DNA of 32,000 nt from Alkanindiges illinoisensis DSM 15370 (GCF_000619845.1 NZ_JHUX01000003.1:1720064-1752063), one strand, 5' to 3'; shown: positions 8,380 through 19,507, counted from the first letter of the stretch. The notes: a model not told the origin generated them from the letters alone. Translations and numbers: made by a program.

Positions 8380-8523
8380 TAGAATCCTTGAAGGTATGAG
8401 GATAAAATTATCCTGCTTTGTATTATACAGCACCTCTTTAGTATATTGATTATTTTTTATACTAAAATCACGACTCAAGTATCAGTTTTACGAATTACAA
8501 TGTCATTTCCACTATTGTTTGCA

Positions 8524-10707
8524 TTACACATTTTCTGTATTGCATAAGGCTAAAGGAACCATAAGATGCACTTCGGTTCCCTGTCCCGCTTTAGCAGCCT
8601 GAAACTCCAGTTGACCTTTTAATAAGATAATCCGTTGCCGCAGGTTAGCCAAACCATTGCCCGCTTGTTGTCCTGTTCCATTTACCGTTTCAGGGTTAAA
8701 ACCAGCACCATTATCCGCCAGACAAGTGTAAAGCTTGCCCTGCTTGTAAGTAATCTGGATGGACACCGCAGTTGCTTCTGCATATTTGATCAGATTGGTG
8801 ATCAACTCACGCAATATCGAACTGTAGTTTTTATAGACCTGATAATTGAGCTGAATCAATCCATCTTCAATATCAGTATGCCACTGTAGCGTCATCTGGC
8901 TTTCCTGCAAGCGCTGGCTAATCTCCTGCTGCAGCGCATTTACCACTGTTTCAAGCGCCAGACCTGCACCCGTCATGCCACTAATAATGGTACGCATATC
9001 TGCAATGGACTGCCGGATAATGTGTTTGGTCTGTTTAATATCCTGTTGATACAGTCCTGATAACAGTCTTGAGCCAATATCATCATGCAGGTCACGGGCA
9101 ATCCGGCTGCGCTCTTCACTGGCCCCCAGATCATAGGCATCCCGGGCTTGTAGCGCATAGTGCAGCATATGATATAGCTCATTTGCCAAGGCAAGATCAC
9201 TAGCAGCAAACAGGCGTCTGCCCGCTGCGGCATAATGCAATTGTGTTTGTGGCAAATAGCCAATTGCAGCAATACACAGTGTTATTCCTTCATTTTTAAT
9301 TTGCACCTGCGGCATATCGGCTGGTGATACGTTTTGTTCACTCTCAACATGCAGGGCATTAAACAGGTTTTTCAGCAATTGCTGCCAGGCACTAACAGTC
9401 TGATTATCGGCAGGGCTTAAAGAAAGGCTGACCACCTGCTGAAACAGCTTTTCCCGGTCTATCGAGCGACGGCGGGAAAATCGCCGTGCCAGCATATCGC
9501 GTAGTGGCAGGTAAATCAGGGCAACCAGTAACAAAGAAATTGCAAATGCAGGCGTCTGATCAATGGCCGTCACTACAATCAGCAGGGCATCCAGTGTCAC
9601 CAGCAAGAAAGCGCCCAACAGGTAAAACAGGATACGAAATACCCAGCCTTCCAGTTCAAACAGCTTATAACGTGCTACTCCCTGCACTACCCCGACATAA
9701 ATCAGCAGAAAAAACAGGAAAGCATAGCCCTGTGACATTGCTGCCTGCATTCCCAGCAGGCTTGGCATACTCATCAGCAGCACAGGAACACCTGCGCCAA
9801 GCGCAATCGCCAAAGCAAACCAGCGCAAGGCCGCCTGAGTAACCGGATCATATCTTGCCTTGCGGTATTGCAGCCAGCTCAAAAGCAGCATCAGGCTCAT
9901 GCCAATGAGCATTGGCATAAAGGCACCTACTGGAGGCCCTGAAAAAACCATCTTAAACATATCGCATAGCCACCAGCAGAATGCGCTGGCCGCAAACAAA
10001 ATTTGCAAGCCAGCAGGCAACAGGCGGGCGCTAGGATAGTTGGAAAACAGCAACACCAGTGCAATACTAAACAGTACGGCACCGGTATGGTTAGCGTTGG
10101 ATAACAGTTCAAATAAAGGCGCTGGTAAGGCAAGTACCCTACTGCTATAAATGGCTGCTGAAAATGCAGCGACCATAATGCAGCAACCAGCAATAAACAG
10201 GATGAGCGTGGTATAGCGCTTGGGCGTCATGCCCCATACCCAGCCGCCAATTAAAAAACTGCAAAGTCCCACCAGCATTTGCACCCAAAATACAGCAGCC
10301 AAACTTGTTAATGGCCGACTGGGTTCTACATTCAGCAGCATACGGCTACCATCGGCAAATTGCATAGTGATGTGCGATTGGCGTAGCAGGCTTGCGATGT
10401 GATGCTGACGGACAAAAAACTGCCTTCCTTGCGTATAGGTTTCCAGCTGGTCAGGGTCTTCTATCACATCCTGTCTGGTCAGTATTATCCTGTTCTGGCC
10501 ATCTGCGGCGGCAATGGACTGGATGACTTGCCCACGCTGTACACCCACCAGTGGTTTATTGATACGATCCACCACCACATGCTGCTGATCCAGCGTTAAC
10601 GTAAAACCAAACCAGGGCTGATTTAAGGCGATGTTAACCACAAATAATGTCATTGCTATGCCGGCAAGCAGAATACTCCACATGACAATAAAAGGCGTTT
10701 TGTTCAT
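8524..10707 (-). CDS. Multi-pass membrane sensor histidine kinase, HisKA_3 (NarX/LiaS-type) + HATPase_c
   Basis: N-terminal TM helix, an extracytoplasmic segment of about 110 aa, then about 8 hydrophobic helices. H-box EERSRIARDLHDDIGSRLL (HisKA_3), N-box LRELITNLIKYA, G1 DNGAGF, G2 GNGLANLRQR. Confidence 0.9.
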   Translation of the reverse strand: MNKTPFIVMWSILLAGIAMTLFVVNIALNQPWFGFTLTLDQQHVVVDRINKPLVGVQRGQVIQSIAAADGQNRIILTRQDVIEDPDQLETYTQGRQFFVRQHHIASLLRQSHITMQFADGSRMLLNVEPSRPLTSLAAVFWVQMLVGLCSFLIGGWVWGMTPKRYTTLILFIAGCCIMVAAFSAAIYSSRVLALPAPLFELLSNANHTGAVLFSIALVLLFSNYPSARLLPAGLQILFAASAFCWWLCDMFKMVFSGPPVGAFMPMLIGMSLMLLLSWLQYRKARYDPVTQAALRWFALAIALGAGVPVLLMSMPSLLGMQAAMSQGYAFLFFLLIYVGVVQGVARYKLFELEGWVFRILFYLLGAFLLVTLDALLIVVTAIDQTPAFAISLLLVALIYLPLRDMLARRFSRRRSIDREKLFQQVVSLSLSPADNQTVSAWQQLLKNLFNALHVESEQNVSPADMPQVQIKNEGITLCIAAIGYLPQTQLHYAAAGRRLFAASDLALANELYHMLHYALQARDAYDLGASEERSRIARDLHDDIGSRLLSGLYQQDIKQTKHIIRQSIADMRTIISGMTGAGLALETVVNALQQEISQRLQESQMTLQWHTDIEDGLIQLNYQVYKNYSSILRELITNLIKYAEATAVSIQITYKQGKLYTCLADNGAGFNPETVNGTGQQAGNGLANLRQRIILLKGQLEFQAAKAGQGTEVHLMVPLALCNTENV

Positions 10708-11239
10708 TGTATGGTATGCCCCACTTACCTTGTATAAAATAAATAATGAATAAAACAGATAGCATTTCTATCAATCTGGATAAAACTGTTTTATTTATTA
10801 AACATAAAATCGTTATGATAATGGATGAGTTGATTAATGGAAGCGCCTGTCAGTATGAAAGCCAACGACATCATGTTTCATTGCCTGCTGGGGCTTATAT
10901 TCATGCTGGTTATTTACGGGGGTTTGTTCAATGGTCAAGCCCAGCTGATGTCATTGCTTAAGCCTTATTAAACAATGGCTGAGGTAAGTTTTAAGCTATA
11001 ACACCCCTGCGCCTATCAGTGAATTACTGTCTACTACTGACCAGTGACTTGTCAAAAGCGGCTTCTGCCGTCTTTCGCCAGTTGCGGCAATACCAAAAAA
11101 TTAATCTATGTTGAGATTTATTGAGGCTGAATGAGACAGCAAAAAAGTTCTAATTAAGATCCCGATACCATTACGATTTTATTGAAACGCTTTAACAGCA
11201 AGGGTTTTGATCCTATTTGAGACGGCTTAAAACAGGCAT

Positions 11240-11266
11240 AAAAAAAGGTCACTCGGGTGAGTGACC
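11240..11266 (-). terminator. Rho-independent terminator downstream of tRNA-Met
   Basis: On the minus strand: GGTCACTC-ACCC-GAGTGACC followed by TTTTTTT, beginning 8 nt after the tRNA 3' end. Confidence 0.75.
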
Positions 11267-11273
11267 TATAAAA

Positions 11274-11350
11274 TGGTGGCTATGGCGAGACTCGAACTTG
11301 CGACCCCAGCATTATGAGTGCTGTGCTCTAACCAACTGAGCTACATAGCC
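11274..11350 (-). tRNA. tRNA-Met (anticodon CAU), elongator type, CCA encoded
   Basis: The reverse complement is GGCTATGTAGCTCAGTTGGTTAGAGCACAGCACTCATAATGCTGGGGTCGCAAGTTCGAGTCTCGCCATAGCCACCA. It has a fully paired acceptor stem and anticodon loop CTCATAA. It closely resembles E. coli elongator tRNA-Met rather than the initiator or tRNA-Ile2. Confidence 0.95.
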
Positions 11351-11363
11351 TTAAACTGTGCGC

Positions 11364-11392
11364 ATTATCATTATTTCTTCGACTGCCGTCAA
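11364..11392 (-). promoter_or_regulatory. Candidate sigma70 promoter for tRNA-Met
   Basis: Minus strand: TTGACG (11392-11387), a 17-nt spacer, then GATAAT (11369-11364). The -10 element ends 13 nt upstream of the mature tRNA 5' end. Confidence 0.55.
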
Positions 11393-11459
11393 GCCTATTT
11401 TCAGCGTGCGCGCATAAAAAGCAGGCAAATAAACCAAATTGTTTTCAGTAATCAGGCTT

Positions 11460-11819
<360 letters not shown>

Positions 11820-11876
11820 AAGGCGCGCATGGTAACAAAAAAAACAGCCTTGCGCTGTTACTTTTCAAAGGTTTTT

Positions 11877-12152
<276 letters not shown>

Positions 12153-12188
12153 TTATCCCGGGTTTATCAGTAAAACTACTTGCCTTTT

Positions 12189-12683
<495 letters not shown>

Positions 12684-12829
12684 TTATGCTCGGTTGCCGA
12701 TAAATTTGCCCTAGTTTAGCAAAAACTTGTTTTTAACGCGAAGCCAGCATGATTGATTAATGCTATAACCAAAATTAACTAAAGCCAGCCGCCAAAATTA
12801 GGTAAACTAGTGTTCTTATTGGATTCTTG

Positions 12830-13315
12830 ATGAATATGAATAAAGCCACTGTTAAAAAACTGCATCAGGGCGGTACGATTGCCCAGAACCGTCGTGCCCG
12901 TCACGACTATTTTATTGAAGAAAAATTTGAAGCTGGTATGTCGCTACTGGGCTGGGAAGTTAAATCCCTACGTGCCGGCAAAATGAACCTGTCCGAAAGT
13001 TATGTCATTTTTAAAAATGGCGAGGCATTTTTGTTCGGCAGCCAGATCATGCCACTGTTGTCTGCCTCAACCCATGTAGTTCCTGAAGCCAATCGCACCC
13101 GCAAGCTTTTATTGTCGCGCCGTGAAATCGAAAAACTGATAGGTGCGGTCAACCAAAAGGGCTATTCCTGTGTACCACTGGCGTGCTACTGGAAAGGTGC
13201 TTTGGTTAAGTGTGAAATTGCGCTGGTAAAAGGCAAGCAATTGCATGATAAACGTGCAACCGAAAAAGATCGGGACTGGTCGCGTGAAAAACAGCGTGTG
13301 TTTAGGACTGCCTAA
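12830..13315 (+). CDS. smpB: SsrA-binding protein SmpB
   Basis: [35 protein letters not shown] is the SmpB signature region. Start is ambiguous: TTG 12827, ATG 12830 or ATG 12836. Confidence 0.95.
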   Translation: MNMNKATVKKLHQGGTIAQNRRARHDYFIEEKFEAGMSLLGWEVKSLRAGKMNLSESYVIFKNGEAFLFGSQIMPLLSASTHVVPEANRTRKLLLSRREIEKLIGAVNQKGYSCVPLACYWKGALVKCEIALVKGKQLHDKRATEKDRDWSREKQRVFRTA

Positions 13316-13622
13316 GCACCGCTTTTATTGGATCAGCCTTACTATTACACTCATGGTTTTAACCTTCAACTGACTATCTACTTCTTTTATTTCCTGAAAC
13401 CTTTATTTTTAAATTTCTCTGGCTAGACGAATTTCAAAATGATCTCTAAGTTCTCTGACCCCTATTATTCTAACCAAAATTAATCAATACCCGCGCATTT
13501 AGCAGTTTTATCAATATCACTTATCAGCCTATCTGAGTCTGATTCCTGTAAAAGCCGCCATAGCCCAAGACAAAACGTGTTACAATACTGCGTTTAAAAT
13601 TTAGTCCTTGCTGGGTAAATAA

Positions 13623-14531
13623 ATGACTGAGGAAAGACTCACACATCTGAAACAGCTTGAAGCTGAAAGCATTCACATCATTCGTGAAGTTGCAGCCGAA
13701 TTTGATAATCCGGTGATGCTGTATTCCATTGGCAAGGATTCTGCGGTCATGCTGCATCTGGCCATGAAAGCATTTTACCCGGCCAAACTCCCGTTTCCAC
13801 TATTGCATGTAGATACCGGCTGGAAATTCAGGGACATGATTACCTTCCGTGATCAAATGGCCAGCAAAATGGGGCTTGAGCTGATTGTTCACCAGAACAA
13901 GGAAGGTCGTGAAGCGGGCATCAACCCTTTTACCCACGGCAGCTCCAAATATACCGATATCATGAAAACGCAGGCACTCAAGCAGGCACTGGACAAATAC
14001 CAGTTTGATGCTGCTTTTGGTGGTGCACGTCGTGATGAAGAAAAATCCCGTGCCAAGGAGCGCGTGTATTCCTTCCGCGATTCCAAGCATCGCTGGGACC
14101 CCAAAAATCAGCGTCCTGAGTTGTGGAATATCTATAACGGCAAAGTGAACAAGGGCGAAAGTATTCGCGTGTTCCCACTGTCTAACTGGACTGAGCTGGA
14201 CATCTGGCAATATATCTACCTTGAACAAATTCCGCTGGTTCCATTGTATTATGCAGCCGAGCGTCCGGTGGTTGAGCGTAACGGCACCCTGATTATGGTG
14301 GACGATGAGCGCATGCCACTTCGCGAGGGTGAAGTGCCTCAAATGAAATCGGTGCGCTTTCGTACGCTGGGCTGCTATCCATTAACGGGTGCGGTTGAAT
14401 CTAACGCAGATACGCTACCTGAAATTATTCAGGAAATGCTGCTGACCACCAGTTCAGAGCGCCAGGGCCGCATGATTGACCATGATGAAGCCGGCTCAAT
14501 GGAAAAGAAAAAGCAGGAAGGCTATTTCTAA
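13623..14531 (+). CDS. cysD: Sulfate adenylyltransferase subunit 2
   Basis: [38 protein letters not shown] (PAPS-reductase-fold SxGxDS motif), 302 aa, typical CysD. Confidence 0.95.
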   Translation: MTEERLTHLKQLEAESIHIIREVAAEFDNPVMLYSIGKDSAVMLHLAMKAFYPAKLPFPLLHVDTGWKFRDMITFRDQMASKMGLELIVHQNKEGREAGINPFTHGSSKYTDIMKTQALKQALDKYQFDAAFGGARRDEEKSRAKERVYSFRDSKHRWDPKNQRPELWNIYNGKVNKGESIRVFPLSNWTELDIWQYIYLEQIPLVPLYYAAERPVVERNGTLIMVDDERMPLREGEVPQMKSVRFRTLGCYPLTGAVESNADTLPEIIQEMLLTTSSERQGRMIDHDEAGSMEKKKQEGYF

Positions 14532-14653
14532 TGAAAATTGCCTAATGAAAAACACTGGTGCTGGCATCACATGGAATGCCACGCTACTGTTTTTCTGATT
14601 GCCGTATAGCCATTGTGTAGAAGCCACCGTATAGAATTTTTGGAGTTACTTGA

Positions 14654-16267
14654 ATGTCTCATCAGTCCGAGCTGATTAGCCAGGATATTTTGGCCTATTT
14701 AAAGCAGCATGAACAAAAAGACCTGCTCCGCTTTTTAACCTGCGGTAATGTGGATGATGGTAAAAGCACCCTCATTGGCCGCCTGCTGTATGATTCAAAG
14801 CTGATCTATGAAGATCACCTGCAAGCCGTTACCCGTGACAGTAAAAAAGTGGGTACTACTGGTGATGCTCCTGACTTGGCGCTGCTGGTTGATGGCCTGC
14901 AAGCTGAGCGCGAGCAAGGTATTACCATTGATGTGGCCTACCGTTATTTCTCCACTGAAAAACGCAAGTTCATCATTGCTGACACGCCGGGACATGAACA
15001 ATACACCCGCAACATGGCCACTGGTGCTTCTACCTGTGACCTTGCCATTATTCTGATTGATGCGCGATATGGGGTACAAACCCAGACCCGCCGTCACAGC
15101 TATATTGCTGGCCTGCTGGGCATTAAGCACATTATTGTGGCAATCAATAAAATGGACTTGCTGGAGTATTCCCAGACTCGTTTTGATGAAATTAAACAGG
15201 ATTACCTGAATTTTGTTGACCAGTTAGGCAACCGCAAGCCCAGTGAAATTCACTTCGTGCCGATGTCTGCATTGAAGGGCGATAACGTGGTTAACCCATC
15301 AGAACATACGCCATGGTATACCGGCCAGACCCTGATGCAGATTCTGGAAACTGTGCAGATCAACCGGGATACGGCCAAGCGTGATTTCCGCTTCCCCGTA
15401 CAGTACGTGAATCGTCCAAATCTGGATTTCCGCGGTTTTGCGGGTACTGTCGCCTTGGGCTCGGTGCGCGTGGGTGATGAAATTGTAGCGCTGCCATCAA
15501 ACAAGCGCAGCACTGTTAAGGAAATTGTGACCTATGATGGTAACCTGCAACAGGCCTTTGCCGGGCAAGCTGTTACGCTGACTTTGAATGATGAAATTGA
15601 CATTAGCCGTGGCAACATGCTTACCCATGCCGAGAGTGCACCGCTGATTTCACGTGCGGTACGGGCCACTGTAGTGTGGATGACTGAACAGCCACTGGTT
15701 AAAGGCAAGCTGTATAATATTAAGGTTGGTACTCAAAGCGTACCAGCCATTGTCAGCCAGATTAACTACCGCGTTGATGTGAACACGCTGGCACAAAATG
15801 CTGCCGAGCAGGTTGAACTCAATGGTATTGCCGATGTAGTGGTGGAGTTTGACGCGCCCATTGCTTTTGATCGCTATGCCGATAGCCGTTATACCGGCGC
15901 GTTTATCTTTATTGATCGCCTGAGCAACGTCACTATTGGCGCAGGCATGATTGAAGATTCAGTGCAACTGTCTGATCAACAGCGTCCAGTCAGCGCTGAA
16001 GAGCGTGCAGCCCGTCTGGGTCAAAAACCCGCAGTTTTAGCATTGCCATCTAACTTGCTTGGTCAAACTGAAGCTTTAGAGCGACAGTTATTGCAGCGCG
16101 GTATTGTTTCTATTGCTACTGCTAAATTGAATGATCATGAAGCTGCTTTACTGCGCAATACAGGCATCACCGTATTAATAAGTGAGCAAGCTCAGGCTGA
16201 CTCCACAGTGACAGCAACAGTGCTTGAAGAAGCAGTTGAGCAAATTGTTGAATTTGTCAGGCTATAA
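14654..16267 (+). CDS. cysN: Sulfate adenylyltransferase subunit 1 (GTPase) with a C-terminal extension of about 100 aa
   Basis: GTPase motifs GNVDDGKST (G1), DTPGH (G3) and NKMD (G4), plus EF-Tu-like domains II and III. The extra tail is discussed in the findings. Confidence 0.95.
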   Translation: MSHQSELISQDILAYLKQHEQKDLLRFLTCGNVDDGKSTLIGRLLYDSKLIYEDHLQAVTRDSKKVGTTGDAPDLALLVDGLQAEREQGITIDVAYRYFSTEKRKFIIADTPGHEQYTRNMATGASTCDLAIILIDARYGVQTQTRRHSYIAGLLGIKHIIVAINKMDLLEYSQTRFDEIKQDYLNFVDQLGNRKPSEIHFVPMSALKGDNVVNPSEHTPWYTGQTLMQILETVQINRDTAKRDFRFPVQYVNRPNLDFRGFAGTVALGSVRVGDEIVALPSNKRSTVKEIVTYDGNLQQAFAGQAVTLTLNDEIDISRGNMLTHAESAPLISRAVRATVVWMTEQPLVKGKLYNIKVGTQSVPAIVSQINYRVDVNTLAQNAAEQVELNGIADVVVEFDAPIAFDRYADSRYTGAFIFIDRLSNVTIGAGMIEDSVQLSDQQRPVSAEERAARLGQKPAVLALPSNLLGQTEALERQLLQRGIVSIATAKLNDHEAALLRNTGITVLISEQAQADSTVTATVLEEAVEQIVEFVRL

Positions 16268-16280
16268 ACCTGAAGGTAGT

Positions 16281-16306
16281 AAAAAAGCGGCTTAGGCCGC
16301 TTTTTT
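16281..16306. terminator. Bidirectional rho-independent terminator shared by convergent cysN and the paralog-F pseudogene
   Basis: AAAAAAGCGGC-TTAG-GCCGCTTTTTT: a GC stem flanked by an A-tract and a T-tract. Confidence 0.8.
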
Positions 16307-16321
16307 ATTAAAATGAAATAA

Positions 16322-17650
16322 TTAGCAGAAAGTACGACCACCATAGCAGTTTGGAGCAAAATCTTGTTTCACTAACTGTAAATTATTTAACGGCATAGAA
16401 GCATGCTGAGCATTTATTAAATCGACTGTACCCACTGGAATGGCACTGCCCAGAAGGCAGCTTGTAGCAGCTAATTTTCCACACTGCACGGGATTATCAT
16501 CCAGATAGTTACTTACTTGTCTAAAAGCTTCATTTAAAGTGGCCTTTGGAATATCAACTGTCTCTACAGGATCAATTTTACCTATCTCAACCGGATTAGA
16601 GAATTCCAGCCACCAACCTCGCTGCGCCACAGATTTTGCTCCTGGCCATTTAATATCTTGCGATTGCAATGATAACGAGGCAGGAGTGCCATTTAAATCA
16701 ATCTTGTGAAACAGACCTAAATTTTCATTAATAGTTGCATCTACTTTTAAATTTTTAATAAGTCCTGTTGTTGTCTTATCATTTAGGCCGATGAATCCTG
16801 CAGCTTGTGCACTAAGAGTACCACTTAAGTCAATATCTCGCACCGTAGCAGTTGCATATAAAGTAGCACTATTTATTCGTCTTCCAGTAATGGCTTGCTG
16901 AGGTAAATCTAAATCACCTTTTAAGATATTACTACCTGTAGCTTTGTCACGAAGATTCAAATTATAAGCAGTTGTTTTAAAGTTTAGAGGGATGAAGAGC
17001 GCACAGCAAGCTTTACCAGTAATTGCATCATACCCATCAGATTGCTTTAACTGACCTCTAGCCGCTTCCCCCGCTACCATACTATCACCAAAGCCATTCA
17101 CCAATGCCGTCCCTGTAGTTTGCGCGACTTCCAGGTAACCACTTAGCCGATTAATACCATTCAGCTGATTAGAATTCTCTGTACCAAAAGTTAACATGCC
17201 AATGATTTTCTCAGCGCTTAACCTAATGCCCGCTAACTCTCTAGTAGATGCACTTGTAGGGTTTTTAATCGCTAATTGAATAAATGGGTTGGTGAGAACG
17301 GCTGAAGAACTAGCTCGGCCATCACTCGTTTCAGAAACCCCACTTAAGCTTAAATTATCGATATCAATGTCACAGGCGCCTGCTCCGTTAACTCCTCCAC
17401 AACCCAACTGTAGTTTCTTTATATTTGCATTTAATTCTACTTCTGCCTCTAATCCTAACTTATAAAGACCAATTCCTGAGTTAGAATTTCCAGTCTGGCC
17501 AGGTGCCTAATAAGACAAATTGAATAAAGCTTGACCTGATTGAGCGGCAAGTTCTTCATCATTGAGAGGATGCAAAGTAGTAGTTGCATAAGCTACTCCC
17601 AGACTATTTATAAGCATGAGAGCACTCAGCCCTGTCCGTTTTAGAATCAT
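16322..17650 (-). pseudogene. Third paralog (F) of the secreted CYGGxTFC-terminal family, interrupted by an in-frame TAG at codon 48
   Basis: The track ORF 16322..17407 starts at an internal TTG. In the same frame, upstream sequence back to ATG 17650 reads MILKRTGLSALMLINSLGVAYATTTLHPLNDEELAAQSGQALFNLSY*APGQTGNSNSGIGLYKLGLEAEVELNANIKKLQLGCGG. This is colinear with paralog E (…LFNLSYLAPGQAGNP…). The stop is TAG at 17509..17507, where E has TTA. Confidence 0.8.
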
Positions 17651-17782
17651 TTTATCTACCATTCCGTTTGGGATAGTGGGTTATTATTTATACAATAGCA
17701 AATTTTGATTTTTATCAAATTGGCATAAGAAGACTCTTTTTATATTTAATCTATAATTTTTGCCTATATGATTACAAAAAGT

Positions 17783-17808
17783 AAAAAAGCGGCTAATGCC
17801 GCTTTTTT
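17783..17808 (-). terminator. Rho-independent terminator after paralog E
   Basis: AAAAAAGCGGC-TAAT-GCCGCTTTTTT, 8 nt after the stop codon. It is nearly identical to the terminator at 16281-16306. Confidence 0.8.
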
Positions 17809-17815
17809 ACTATAA

Positions 17816-19333
17816 CTAACAATAGGTTATTCCGCCATAGCAAGTACGATAAGCAGGTTCCAAGCCCACAATGTTCCCATCACGAGCATTACTACTTTGC
17901 AATATATTATTAATTAAACCTTGTTGAGTGATAGTACCAGCTGAATTATATTGAGTAGCCACAGGACTATTAATATTTAAAGTAAATGCATCTGGCATAT
18001 ACATCGACCAACCTCTAGCTACAGCTGCTGCATAACCGGGATACTGGATACTTCGTTGCTGTAAAGATAACCCAAATAGAGGTGAATCAACATTTGCCTG
18101 ATGGAGATTTGATACATTATAAGGAAGAATATAACTATTCAAATCAGCATGAATTTGTTCATCTGATTTTCCATTAATAGTAGTCTGATTGCTTGTCGAA
18201 TTTGAATTATAAATTAATAAACCTTGAGCTAGCTGTCGTTTAATTTGATCAGCGATACCTCCACGTAATAAAGGCAATAATGTAGGTCCAAAAGCTCCAA
18301 CTAAAGCTCCTGCATCAGAGTCACTTAATTCTAGGGGACTTGCTCCTACTGTCGTACTTCCATCAGTATTTCCATACACGATACTATTTACAACACCAGC
18401 TAAATTAATACCTGCTAACTGAGCTTGGGTTTGACGGTTACCGTTTAATAATACTCCAATGCCAGTACGATTAACCGTTTGATAACTAACCAATGCTTCT
18501 TGATAGCGGATATGAGCTAATCCAATATCCAAAATCATATCATCCCCCAAACCTAAATATCCTCCAGAAGGCGTGCCTTTTCCGCCTCGAACACCTGTAA
18601 AAATATTTCCTGTTTGAGGAGCACCCCAACTGCTTGCTCCATTATTACGAATTCCAGAAGTATTAGCGCCTGGAGCTATACAACTTGCTGGATAACGACA
18701 TGTAACAGCAACATTATCACCACCAATCATTGAAAGATTAGCGGTCACTGTTAAATATCCGCTGAAACTATTGATTTGACCAAAACTCATGGGGCCTTTA
18801 ACATTAGAAGCACCTATTCTAATTCCTACCACTTCCCGAGTAGATGCAGTATCAGGATCTTTAATAGCAAATTGAAAGAAAGGATTTGTTAAAACAAAAT
18901 CTTTCATCTGTGACTGATTGGCTATTGAATTATCAGTTACTGCGCCATCAATTTGATTTCCTGTCTTAGGAAGAGAAATACATGTACCAGCACTATTAGC
19001 AATGCATCCTAGTGAAAAATTATCAATATCTAAATCACATCCATTGGCACCATTTATACCACCACAACCTGCTTGGAGCTTTTTAATGTTAGCATTTATG
19101 CTTAATTCAGCTTCCATACCTAGAGTATAAAATCCTATTCCTGACCCACTAGTCATAGGATTACCAGCTTGTCCAGGCGCTAAATAAGACAAGTTGAATA
19201 AAGCTTGCCCAGTTTCAGCTGCAAGAGCCTCGTCATCTAAAGCTTGCAAAGTAGAATCTGCATAGACTGTATTACTAATGCTTAATATAGTAAAACTAAT
19301 ATAGACTATTAAGTTAATTATTGTTTGCCACAT
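17816..19333 (-). CDS. Secreted G/N/S/T-rich protein, paralog E (505 aa from ATG 19333); possibly FilE/F-like
   Basis: The track ORF starts at GTG 19366. The ATG at 19333 has an AAGGA SD 8 nt upstream and gives the signal peptide MWQTIINLIVYISFTILSISNTVYA|DSTLQALDDEALAAETGQALF. Four closely spaced Cys pairs. Ends in TCYGGITYC-COOH. Confidence 0.85.
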   Translation of the reverse strand: MWQTIINLIVYISFTILSISNTVYADSTLQALDDEALAAETGQALFNLSYLAPGQAGNPMTSGSGIGFYTLGMEAELSINANIKKLQAGCGGINGANGCDLDIDNFSLGCIANSAGTCISLPKTGNQIDGAVTDNSIANQSQMKDFVLTNPFFQFAIKDPDTASTREVVGIRIGASNVKGPMSFGQINSFSGYLTVTANLSMIGGDNVAVTCRYPASCIAPGANTSGIRNNGASSWGAPQTGNIFTGVRGGKGTPSGGYLGLGDDMILDIGLAHIRYQEALVSYQTVNRTGIGVLLNGNRQTQAQLAGINLAGVVNSIVYGNTDGSTTVGASPLELSDSDAGALVGAFGPTLLPLLRGGIADQIKRQLAQGLLIYNSNSTSNQTTINGKSDEQIHADLNSYILPYNVSNLHQANVDSPLFGLSLQQRSIQYPGYAAAVARGWSMYMPDAFTLNINSPVATQYNSAGTITQQGLINNILQSSNARDGNIVGLEPAYRTCYGGITYC

Positions 19334-19507
19334 ATTCTTTATCCTTGAATATGGAGATAGGATCACAATAACTTAACAAATTTTGACCAAAATAGGAATA
19401 AGAATACGATAGATGATATGTTTTTTTACATATCATAACCTGTATTATTAAAAATAAGACTTGGTTCTTATGTTCTAATAAATAAAGTCTATAGTATTAT
19501 ATATACT

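Noticed and set aside
10746-10961. 71-aa plus-strand ORF upstream of the kinase
   Set aside because: It has no SD, an A+T-rich start and no recognisable motif. The evidence is too weak to call it a gene.
13316-13622. tmRNA (ssrA) next to smpB
   Set aside because: No tRNA-like acceptor end, no tag reading frame and no conserved tmRNA blocks are visible. The region is A+T-rich promoter-like DNA upstream of cysD.
13800-15513. Minus-strand ORFs inside cysD and cysN (13800..14342, 13889..14104, 13978..14178, 14795..15130, 15250..15513)
   Set aside because: They are antisense to strongly supported conserved genes and show no protein-like features.
14654-16267. A full bifunctional CysNC (GTPase plus active APS kinase)
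   Set aside because: The tail is only about 100 aa and lacks a Walker A motif, so it cannot be a functional kinase domain.
16322-17407. Treating the track ORF (TTG start, MGCGGVNG…) as an intact stand-alone gene
   Set aside because: Homology to paralogs D and E continues 81 codons upstream in the same frame, through a signal peptide, and is broken only by one TAG. The TTG product would lack a signal peptide and start mid-domain.
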